From Squalus acanthias (lineage: Eukaryota), in contig JASTWF010000046.1 of assembly GCA_030390025.1 (NCBI GenBank), positions 1,240,001-1,304,000 of the forward strand: DNA of 64,000 bases. The letters run 5' to 3'. Within the stretch, counting starts at the first letter, position 1; each line of letters begins with the position of its first letter. The translations under genes and the position numbers were made by a program. The notes under the pieces were generated by a model that saw only the letters and a program-made list of their open reading frames with translations, did not search any database and was not told the origin of the DNA. Positions 53,280 through 64,000 of this stretch are shown piece by piece.

Positions 53280-53601
53280 CTTGACATCATGGCCGGTCTT
53301 CCCAGGTGTTTTTTTTAAAAAAGACTAACACAAGAACCAACACAAATTGACAGGATATGCAGCCAGCAGATGGTTTGACACGTTGGACCCCCTGGGACAC
53401 ATCTCATTGTCTTGGCTGTACTCTTAGTGTGTCTTTGATGTAGGGAAAGATTTGAATAGATTTTGTCTGTGTTTAAATTGTGAATTCTGGGAGATTCTCT
53501 CACTGCTAACTTACCTGAGGAAGGAGCGAATAGCTCCGAAAGCTTGTAAAATTAAATAAATCTGTTGGACTATAACCTGGTGTTGTGCGACTTCTCATTT
53601 T
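51527..53601 (+). mobile_element. 5'-truncated Penelope-like element (Neptune-type Cys-rich linker) nested in the CR1 RT
   Basis: 11-bp TSD TATCTCATAGA at 51516-51526 and 53602-53612; RT + GIY-YIG ORF; hammerhead and AATAAA in the 3' region; C-rich composition contrasts with the host. Confidence 0.95.
53511..53549 (+). ncRNA. Minimal type I hammerhead ribozyme of the Penelope-like element
   Basis: TTAC-CTGAGGA-A-GGAGC-GAATA-GCTCC-GAAAG-CTT-GTAA: stem I TTAC/GTAA, stem II GGAGC/GCTCC, palindromic AAGCTT stem III. Confidence 0.85.
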
Positions 53602-56600
53602 TATCTCATAGAAGGCAGAGGGTGGTGGTGGATGGAACATTTTCGGACTGGAGACCAGTTACCAGCGGTGTGCCACAGGGGTCGGTGCTGGGTCCTCTGC
53701 TGTTTGTGATTTTTATCAATGACTTGGAGGAGGGGACTGAAGGGTGGATCAGTAAATTTGCTGATGACACCAAGATTGGTGGAGTAGTGGATGAGGTGGA
53801 GGGCAGTTGTAGGCTGCAAAGAGACATTGATAGGATGCAGAGCTGGGCCGAAAAATGGCAGATGGAATTTAACCCTGATAAGTGCGAGGTGATTCATTTT
53901 GGTAGGGCAAATTTGAATAAGGATTACAGGGTCAACGGCAGGGTTCTGAGGAACGTGGAGGAGCAGAGGGATCTGGGGGTTCATATCCACAGATCTCTGA
54001 AGGTTGCCACTCAAGTGGATAGAGCAGTAAAGAAGGCCTATGGTGTGTTGGCGTTTATTAACAGAGGGTTTAAGTTTAAGAACCGTGAGGTTATGCTGCA
54101 ACTGTACAGGACCTTGGTGAGACCACATTTGGAATATTGTGTGCAGTTCTGGTCACCTCACTATAGGAAGGACGTGGAAGCATTGGAAAGAGTGCAAAGG
54201 AGATTTACCAGGATGCTGCCTGGTTTGGGGGGGAGGTCTTATGAGGAAAGATTGAGGGAGTTGGGGCTTTTCTCTTTAGAGCGGAGGAGGATGAGAGGCG
54301 ACTTAATAAAGGTTTATAAGATGATGAGGGGAATAGATAGAGTGGATGTTCAGAGACTATTTCCTCGGGTAGAGGCAGCTGTTACAAGGGGGCATAACTA
54401 TAAGGTGCATGGGGGGAGATATAGAAGGGATGTCCGAGGTAGATTCTTTACTCAGGGAGTGGTTGGGGTGTGGAATGGACTGCCTGCTGTGATAGTGGAG
54501 TCGGACACTTTAGGAACTTTCAAGCGGTTATTGGATAAGCACATGGAGCACACCAGAGTGATAGGGAGTGTGATAGCTTGATCTTGGTCTCGGACAATGC
54601 TCGGCACAACATCGAGGGCCGAAGGGCCTGTACTGTGCTGTAATGTTCTATGTTCTATGTTCTATGTATAATGCACGGGGTGTGGGATAGTATAATACTC
54701 GGGGTGTGAGACAGTATAATACATGGTGGGTGGGACAGTATAATACACGGGTGTGTGACAGGATAATACACGGTGTGTGGGACAGTATAATACATGGAGG
54801 TGTGGGATAGTATAATACACAGGGTGTTTGGCAGTATAATACACGGAGTGTGGGACAGTATAATACACCGTATGTGTGACAATATAATACATGGAGTGTG
54901 GGACAGTATAACACATGGTGGGTGGGACAGTATAATACCTGGTGTGTGTTAAACAGTTTAATTCACGGAGTTTGGGACAGTGTAATACACGGGGTGTGGG
55001 TCAGGATAATACACGGGGTGTGGGACAGTATAATACATGGGGTGTGGGACAGTATAATGCACAGGGTGTGTGACAGTATAATACATGGAGTGTGGGACAG
55101 TATAATATTCGAGGTGTGGGACAGTATAATACACGGGGTGTGGGACAGTATAATACACGGTGGGTGGGACAGTATAATACACGGGGTGTGGGACAGTATA
55201 ATACACAATGTGTGTTACAGTGCAATACATGGAGTGTGGGACAGTATAATATTTGACGTGTGTGACAGTATAATATATGGTGGGTGGGACAGTATAATAC
55301 ACGGAGTGTGGGACAGTATAATGCACGGGTGGTGAAGCATTATAATACACGGGGAGTGAGACAGTATAATAGTCGGGGTGTGTGACAGTACAAAACACGG
55401 GGATTCGGACAGTATAATACATGGGGTGTCTGACAGAATAATATATGGGGTGTGGGACAGTATAATACATGGGTGGACAGTATAACACATGGTGCGGGAC
55501 AGTATAATACATGGTGTGTGAGACAGTATAATACGCGGAGTGTGGAACAGTATAATACACGGGTGTGGGATGGTATAATGCACGGGGTGTGGGACAGTAT
55601 AATACACGGGGTGTGGAAGAGTATAATGCACGGGGTGTAGGACAGTACAATAAATGGGGTGTGGGACAGTATAATGCACGGGGTGTAGGACAGTATAATG
55701 CACAGTGCGAGACAGTATAATACACAGTGTGGGACACCATAGTACATGGAGGGGACAGTATAATACACGGGGTGTAGTACTGTTTATTACACGGTGTGGA
55801 ACATCATAATACACAGTGCGGGACAGTATAATACACGGAGGGGACTGTATAATACACGTGGTGTGGGACAGTATAATACACGGAGTATGAGACAGTATAA
55901 TACACGGTTTGTGGAACAGTCTAATTCACGGAGTGTGGGACAGTATAATACATGGAGTGTGGGACAGTATAATACATGGAGTGTGGGACAGTATATTACA
56001 CGGGGTATGGGACAGTATAATACACGGGGTGTGAGCCAGTATAATACATGGAGTGTGGGACAGTATAATATTCGAGGTGTGTGACAGTACAAAACACGGG
56101 GATTCGGACAGTATAATACATGGGGTGTCTGACAGAATAATATATGGGGTGTGGGACAGTATAATATATGGGTGGACAGTATAACACATGGTGCGGGACA
56201 GTATAATACATGGTGTGTGAGACAGTACAATACGCGGAGTGTGGAACAGTATAATACGCGGAGTGTGGAACAGTATAATACACGGGTGTGGGATGGTATA
56301 ATGCACGGGGATTGGGACAGTATAATACACGGGGTGTGGAAGAGTATAATGCACGGGGTGTAGGACAGCACAATAAATGGGGTGTGGGACAGTATAATGC
56401 ACGGGGTGTAGGACAGTATAATACACAGTGCGAGACAGTATAATGATGGGGTGTGGGACGTTATAATATTCGGGGTGTGAGACAGTATAACACGTGGTGG
56501 CTGGGACAGTATAATACACGGGCTTTCTGAAAGTATAATACTCGGGTGGGGCGGTATAATACACGGGTTGTGGGACAGTATAATACACAGTGTGTGTGAC

Positions 56601-59600
56601 AGGATAATACACAGGGTGTGTGACAGTAAAATACACGGGGTGTGTTAAATATTATAATACACAGATTGTGGCACAGTATAATAAATGCAGTGTGGTATAG
56701 TATAATATATGGTGTGTGGGACAGTATAATACACGGTGTGTGGGACAGGATAATACACAGGGTGTGTGACAGGATAATACATGGTGAGTCGGGCAGTATA
56801 AAACTCAGTGTTCGGGACAGTATAATACATGGGCTTTCTGAAAGTATAATACACGGGTGGGACAGTATAATACACAGTGTGTGTGACAGGATAATACATT
56901 GAGTGTGGGACAGTAAAATACTCGGGGTGAGACAGTATAATACATGGTGGGTGGGACAGTATAATACACGGGGTGTGTTAAATATTATAATACACGGATT
57001 GTGGCACAGTATAATAAATGCAGTGTGGTATAGTATAATATATGGAGTGTGGGACAGTATAATACATGGATGTGGGACAATATAAGACATGGGGTGTTTG
57101 GCAGTATAATACACGGAGTTTGAGACAGTATAATGCATGGGGTGTGGGACAGTATAATACTCGGGGTGTGAGACAGTATAATACATGGTGGGTGGGACAG
57201 TATAATACACGGGGTGTGTGACAGGATAATACACGGTGTGTGGGACAGTATAATACATGGAGGTGTGGGATAGTATAGTACACAGGGTGTTTGGCAGTAT
57301 AATACACGGAGTGTGGGACAGTTTAATACACCGTATGTGTGACAGTATAATACATGGAGTGTGGGACAGTATAACACATGGTGGGTGGGACAATATAATA
57401 CCTGGTGTGTGTTAAACAGTTTAATTCACGGAGTTTGGGACAGTGTAATACACGGGGTGTGGGTCAGTATAATACACGGGGTGTGGGACAGTATAATACA
57501 TGGGGTGTGGGACAGTATAATGCACAGGGTGTGTGACAGTATAATACATGGAGTGTGGGACAGTATAATATTCGAGGTGTGGGACAGTATAATACACGGG
57601 GTGTGGGACAGTATAATACACGGTGGGTGGGACAGTATAATACACGGGGAGTGGGACAGTATAATACACAATGTGTGTTACAGTGCAATACATGGAGTGT
57701 GGGACAGTATAATATTCGACGTGTGTGACAGTATAATATATAGTGGGTGGGACAGTATAATACACGGGGTGTGTTAAAAAGTATAATACATGGACTGTGG
57801 GACAGTATAATAAACGCAGTGTGTGACAGTATAATACATGGAATGTGGGAAATTATAATACACAGGGTGTGAGACAGTATAACACGTGGTGGCTGGGACA
57901 GTATAATACACGGAGTGTGGGACAGTATAATGCACGGGTGGTGAAGCATTATAATACACGGGGAGTGAGACAGTATAATAGTCGGGGTGTGTGACAGTAC
58001 AAAACACGGGGATTCGGACAGTATAATACATGGGGTGTCTGAAAGAATAATATATGGGGTGCAGGACAGTATAATACATGGTGTGTGAGACAGTATAATA
58101 CGCGGAGTGTGGAACAGTATAATACACGGGTGTGGTATGGTATAATGCACGGGGTGTGTGACAGTATAATACACGGGGTGTGGAAGAGTATAATGCACGG
58201 GGTGTAGGACAGTACAATAAATGGGGTGTGGGACAGTATAATGCACGGGGTGTAGGACAGTATAATACACAGTGCGAGACAGTATAATACACAATGTGGG
58301 ACACCATAGTACATGGAGGGGACAGTATAATACACGGGGTGTAGGACTGTTTATTACACGGTGTGGAACATCATAATACACAGTGCGGGACAGTATAATA
58401 CACGGAGGGGACTGTATAATACACGTGGTGTGGGACAGTATAATACACGGGGTGTGAGACAGTATAATACACGGGTTGTGGAACAGTCTAATTCATGGAG
58501 TGTGGGACAGTATAATACATGGAGTGTGGGACAGTATAATACATGGAATGTGGGACAGTATAATACATGGAGTGTGGGACAGTATATTACATGGGGTATG
58601 GGACAGTATAATACACAGGGTGAGTGACAGTATAATACACGGGGTGTGGAACAGTATAATACATGGAGTGTGGGACAGTATAATATTCGAGGTGTGTGAC
58701 AGTACAAAACACGGGGATTCGGACAGTATAATACATGGGGTGTCTGACAGAATAATATATGGGGTGTGGGACAGTATAATACATGGGTGGACAGTATAAC
58801 ACATGGTGCGGGACAGTATTATACATGGTGTGTGAGACAGTATAATACACGGAGTGTGGAACAGTATAATACGCGGAGTGTGGAACAGTATAATACACGG
58901 GTGTGGGATGGTATAATGCACGGGGTGTGGGACAGTATAATACACGGGGTGTGGAAGAGTATAATGCACGGGGTGTAGGACAGTACAATAAATGGGGTGT
59001 GGGACAGTATAATGCACGGGGTGTAGGACAGTATAATACACAGTGTGAGACAGTATAATGATGGGGTGTGGGATGTTATAATATTCGGGGTGTGAGACAG
59101 CATAACACGTGGTGGCTGGGACAGTATAATACACGGGCTTTCTGAAAGTATAATACTCGGGTGGGGTGGTATAATACACGGGTTGTGGGACAGTATAATA
59201 CACAGTGTGTGTGACAGGATAATACATTGAGTGTGGGACAGTAAAATACACGGGGTGTGTTAAATATTATAATACACGGATTGTGGCACAGTATAATAAA
59301 TGCAGTGTGGTATAGTATAATATATGGTGTGTGGGACAGTATAATACATGGATGTGGGACAATATAAGACACGGGTGTTTGGCAGTATAATACACGGAGT
59401 TTGAGACAGTATAATGCACGGAGTTTGAGACAGTATAATACATGGGGTGTGGGATAGTATAATACTCGGGGTGTGAGACAGTATAATACATGGTGGGTGG
59501 GACAGTATAATACAGAGGGTGTGTGACAGGATAATACACGGTGTGTGGGACAGTATAACACACGGTGTGTGGGACAGGATAATACACAGGGTGTGTGACA

Positions 59601-60571
59601 GGATAATAAACGATGTGTGGGACAGTATAATACATGGGGTGTGGGATAGTATAATACTCGGGGAGCGAGACAGTATAATACATGGTGGGTGGGGCAGTAT
59701 AACACATGTTGGGTGGGACAGTATAATACCTGGTGTGTGTTAAACAGTTTAATACAGGGAGTTTGGGACAGTGTAATGTACGGGGTGTGGGACAGTATAA
59801 TACACGGAGTGTGGGACAGTATAATACACGAGGTGTGGGACAGTATAATACAAGGGGTGTGGGACAGTATAATACATGGGGTGCGGGACAGTATAATGCA
59901 CAGGGTGTGTGACAGTATAATAGAGGGAGTGTGGGACAGTATAATATTCGAGGTGTGGGACAGTATAATACACGGTGTGTGGGACAGTATAATACACGGG
60001 GTGTGGGACAGTATAATACACGGTGGGTGGGACAGTATAATACATGGGGTGTGTGACAGTATAATACACAGTGTGTGTGACAGTGTAATACATGGAGTGT
60101 GGGACAGTATAATATTCGAGGTGTGTGACAGTATAATCTATGGTGGGTGGGACAGTATAATACACGGGGTGTGTTAAACAGTATAACACATGGACTGTGG
60201 GACAGTATAATAAACGCTGTGTGTGACAGTATAATACATGGAATGTGGGACATTATAATACACAGGGTGTGAGACAGTATAATACGTGGTGGCTGGGACA
60301 GTATAATACACGGGGTGTGAGACAGTATAATACACGGGGTGTCTGCCCATATAATACACGGGGTGTGTGCCCATATAATACATGGAATGTGGGACAGTAT
60401 AATACACGGAGGGTGGGACAGTATAATACACGGGGTGTGGGACAGTATAATACACGGAGTGTGGGACAGTATAATACATGGGGTGTGGGACAGTATAATA
60501 CACGGAGTGTGGGACAGTAAACTACGCGGAGTGTGAGGCCGTATAGTACATGGAGAGTGGGAGAGTATAAT

Positions 60572-61333
60572 GGGGCAGAAATTCGGCTCTCCGGCTTCCC
60601 GCGGGTGCAAGGATCGCGCGCGTACTTACCTACTCCGCCTGCCGTTGTGCTGCGGTACCGCGTGAAATTCGGCTCCTGGGCCTCCTGCAGCTGCCGGCGT
60701 GCAGTGCTCGCGTATCCCAGGGGCGCAGTTAGTTCGAAGCGTTCCCTGGGATCACGTGGGCCATGGAGAGCCAATCGGAGCAGGGAATCTCCATTCATAG
60801 ATTTTGCCAAAAAGACCTGTCAAATCTATGAATAGAGATCCGCCCCAAAACCTCACTAAAACTTCAAATAAATAAAAAAAAAATCACATTTTTAAAATAA
60901 CTTTAAATAACATAAATTAACTACTTTAACAAAAATTTTAATTATTGAAAAAATTAATTACACTTTTTAACAGTTCTAAAAATAAACTTACCTTTCTTTA
61001 AAGCATGTAAAAAAGATAAACCTGTTGAATCAATGTTTAAATTGTACTTAATTCGCCACTTACCTTGTTAAAAGCAGGTCTTGCACCTCCTTTTTACCTG
61101 CGCAGCTTCTCCGTACTTACCCTCATGGAAAAACCTGGGAAAAAAAACGAAGTCCACTGCGTGCGCGCTGCCTCTCCAGCACACGCGTTCGACCTCTGAA
61201 CCCCTTCCTTCAGGGGAACGGAAGTTCTGGTTTCCAGCGCATGCTCAGTGCATGCGCGAAACCGGCACTTTCGTTGTGTCTACGGGTGAGTACACAGCGC
61301 GTACTCACCCGTGGAGACCCGAATTTCTGGCTC
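60572..61333. mobile_element. 762-bp non-autonomous DNA transposon (MITE), PIF/Harbinger (PHIS)-like
   Basis: TIRs GGGGCAGAAATTCGGCTCTCC / revcomp GAGCCAGAAATTCGGGTCTCC (18/21); 3-bp TSD AAT (60569-71, 61334-36) inside a satellite unit; GC-rich arms, AT-rich centre, no transposase. Confidence 0.85.
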
Positions 61334-62779
61334 AATACATGGAGTGTGGGACAGTATAATGCACGGGGTATGGGTCAACATAACACACGGAGTGCGGGAT
61401 TGTATAATTCACGATGTGTAGGGCAGTATAATACACTGGGTGTGGGACTGTATAATACACGGTGAGTGAGACAGTATAATTCATGGGGTGTTGGACAGTA
61501 TAATACATGGAGTGTGAGTCAGTAAAATACATGGGGTGTCAGGCAGTATAATACACCGTTTGTGGGACAGTATAATACACGGGGTGTGGGACAGGATAAC
61601 ACATGGGGTGTGGGACAGTATAATTCACGGAGTGTGGGACCGTATAATACACGGAGTGTGGGACAGTATAATACACGGAGTGTGGGACCGTATAATACAT
61701 GGAGTGTGGGACCATATAATACACGGAGTGTGGGTCAGTATAATACACGGAGTGTGGGTCAGTATAATACATGGGGTGTCAGGCAGTATAATACACCGTT
61801 TGTGGGACAGTATAATACATGGGGTGTGGGACCGTATAATACACGGGGTGTGGGACAGGATAATACACGGAGTGTGGGACAGTATAATACACGGGGTGTG
61901 GGACAGGATAACACATGGGGTGTGGGACAGTATAATACACGGGGTGTGGTACCGTATAATACACGGAGTGTGGGTCAGTATAATACACTGAGTGTGGGAC
62001 AGTATAATTCACGGGGTGTGGGACAGTATAATTCACGGAGTGTGGGACCGTATAATACATGGAGTGTGGGTCAGTATAATACACGGTGATTGAGAAAGTA
62101 TAATTCATGGGGTGTGGGACAGGATAATACATGAAGTTAGGGACAGTATAATACACGGGGTGTACGGCAGTATAATACACGAAATGTGGGACAGTATAAT
62201 ACACTGGGTGTGGGACAGTAAAATTCACGATGTGTGAGGCAGTATAATACACTGGGTGTGGGACTGCATATTACACGGTGTGTGAGACCGTATAATTCCT
62301 GGGGTGTTGGACAGTATAATACATGGGCTGTGGGACAGGATAATACATGAAGTTAGGGACAGTATAATACACGGGGTGTGAGACAATATAATTCACAGAG
62401 GGTGCGACAGTATAATAAATGGAGTGTGGGACAGTATAATACACGGGGTGTGAGGTCGTATGTTACACGGAGTGTGGGAGAGTATAATACATGGAGTGTG
62501 GGACAGCATAATACACTGAGTGTGGGACAATATAATACACGGGGTGTGAGGCAGTATAATAAATGGAGTGTGGGAAAATCTAATACACGGGTTGTGAGAC
62601 AGTATAACATACGGAGTGTGGTGCAGTAAAATACACGGGGTGTGGGTCAATATAATACATGGAGTGTAGCACAGTATAATACACATTGTGTGGACTGTAT
62701 AATTCACGGGGTGTGAGGCAATATAATACACCGGGTGTGGGACAGTATAATACATGGGGCATGAGGCCGTATATTACTT

Positions 62780-64000
62780 GGGGGATGGCTTTTCAGGGGA
62801 AGGCAGCAACAACCAACTTCCTGGCACCATGGGGGGTTCTGCTGCACAGGAGGGGAGGAAAAAGAGCGGGAGAGCTATAGTGATAGGGGATTCTATTGTA
62901 AGGAGAATAGATAGGCGTTTCCGCGGCCGCAAACGAGACTCCAGGATGGTATGTTGCATCCCTGGTGCAAGGGTCAAGGATGTCTCGGAGCGGCTGCAGG
63001 GCATTCTGGAGGGGGAGGGTGAACAGCCAGTTGTCGTGGTGCATATAGGTACCAACGATATAGGTAAAATATGGGATGATGTCCTAAAAGCTGTATATAG
63101 GGAGTTAGGAGGTAAATTAAAAAATAGGACCTCAAAGTTAGTAATCTCAGGATTGCTACCAGTGCCACGTACTAGTCAGAGTAGAAATAGAAGGAATTTT
63201 CAGATAAATACGTGGCTAGAAGAATGTTGCAAGGGGGAGGGATTCAAATTCCTGGGACATTGGAACCCGTTCTAGGGGAGGTGGGACCAGTACAAACTGG
63301 ACGGTTTGCATCTGGGCAGGACCGGGACCGATGTCCTAGGGGGAGTGTTTGCTCGTGCTGTTGGGGAGGGTTTAAACTAAAATGGCGGGGGTTTGGGAAC
63401 CTGTGCAGGGAGACAGAGGAAAGGGAAGCCAGGATAGAAACACAAGACAGGAAGGAGAAAAGCAAAAGTGGAAGGCAGAGAAATCAAGAATGTAAATCAA
63501 ACATGGCCAGAGTAAACAATAATTCTAAATGGTCTAAGAGTGTTAAAAAAAAGAAGCCTGAAGGCTCTGTGTCTTAATGCGAGGAGCATTCGTAATAAGG
63601 TGGATGAATTAGCTGCGCAAATAGATGTAAACGGATATGATATAATTGGGATTACGGAGACATGGTTCCAGGGTGACCAAGGCTGGGAATTCAACATCCA
63701 GGTATATTCAATATTCAGGAAGGACAGGCGAAAAGGAAAAGGAGGTGGGGTAGCATTGCTGGTTAAAGAGGAGATTAACACAATAGTAAGGAAGGATATT
63801 AGCTCTGATGATGTGCAATCGGTATGGGTAGTGCTGATAAATACCAAGGGGCAGAAAACGTTAGTGGGAGTTGTATACAGACCCCCAAACAGTAATGCTG
63901 AGGTTGGGGATGGCATTAAATGGGAAATTAGAGACGCGTGCAATAAGGGCACAGCAGTTTTCATTGGTGACTTTAATCTACATATAGATTGGGCTAACCA
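62780..64000 (+). mobile_element. CR1 LINE truncated within ORF1 (esterase), continuing into ORF2 APE; runs off the window
   Basis: IVIGDSIVR, HIGTND, premature TAG at 63273; then LCLNARSIRNK, ITETW, GGGVA, VYRPP, GDFN. Confidence 0.93.

Larger units (their letters stand above)
48147..54666 (+). mobile_element. Near full-length CR1 LINE (5'UTR, ORF1, ORF2, 3'UTR) interrupted by two Penelope-derived insertions
   Basis: GC-rich 5'UTR, ORF1 48606-49532, APE 49725-50816, RT 50843-51526 plus 53602-54581, (TTCTATG)n tail 54645-54666; satellite target GTATA at 47896-47900 and 54666-54670. Confidence 0.96.
31057..62780 (+). repeat. Large satellite array, ~24-bp unit GGGTGTGGGACAGTATAATACACG, with higher-order structure and TE insertions
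   Basis: Hundreds of diverged 21-25-bp units around the core GACAGTATAATACA; uniform orientation except 47900-48146. Confidence 0.98.

Noticed and set aside
33418-62762. Dozens of long ORFs (YYTVPHPV / CIILSHTP / VLYCPTPR repeats)
   Set aside because: They are translations of a 24-bp repeat that lacks stops in the minus frames, open in all three frames, with no splice or domain evidence.
31057-62780. CRISPR-like array or array of bacterial -10 boxes (TATAAT in every unit)
   Set aside because: The variable parts are ~10-bp mutated versions of one consensus, not unique spacers. There are no cas genes, the context is vertebrate, and TATAAT is simply part of the monomer.

Overview
This is vertebrate genomic DNA, most likely from a cartilaginous fish (shark) judging by the repeat families; it is not prokaryotic. 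Left half (1-~31 kb): a minus-strand host gene I recognise as LRIF1/HBiX1-like (HP1/SMCHD1 partner). It has a CpG-island non-coding first exon (donor at 22853/22852), a ~1.9-kb coding exon (ATG 10647 to donor 8905) and a downstream exon (168 to <1) that carries the LRIF1 'DLRVCLTRI'-type HP1 motif. Its introns and 5' flank hold CR1 and L2 LINE fragments, tRNA-derived SINEs, Penelope pseudo-LTR pieces with hammerhead ribozymes, and two GC-rich minisatellites (22 bp and 26 bp). The large coding exon contains a 36-bp tandem repeat that encodes ten copies of PKVVL, a perfect PxVxL HP1-chromoshadow motif. Right half (31057-~62780): a 24-bp satellite array with kb-scale higher-order duplications. 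It is invaded by a truncated LINE, a PIF/Harbinger-type MITE, a 5'-truncated CR1 at the window end, and a near full-length CR1. That CR1 has a 76-bp monomer 5'UTR, an esterase ORF1 and a 247-bp inverted locally templated 5' junction, and was itself hit twice by one Penelope-like family. Nearly all ORFs listed in the satellite and minisatellites are repeat artefacts. All family assignments come from recalled motifs, not database searches.
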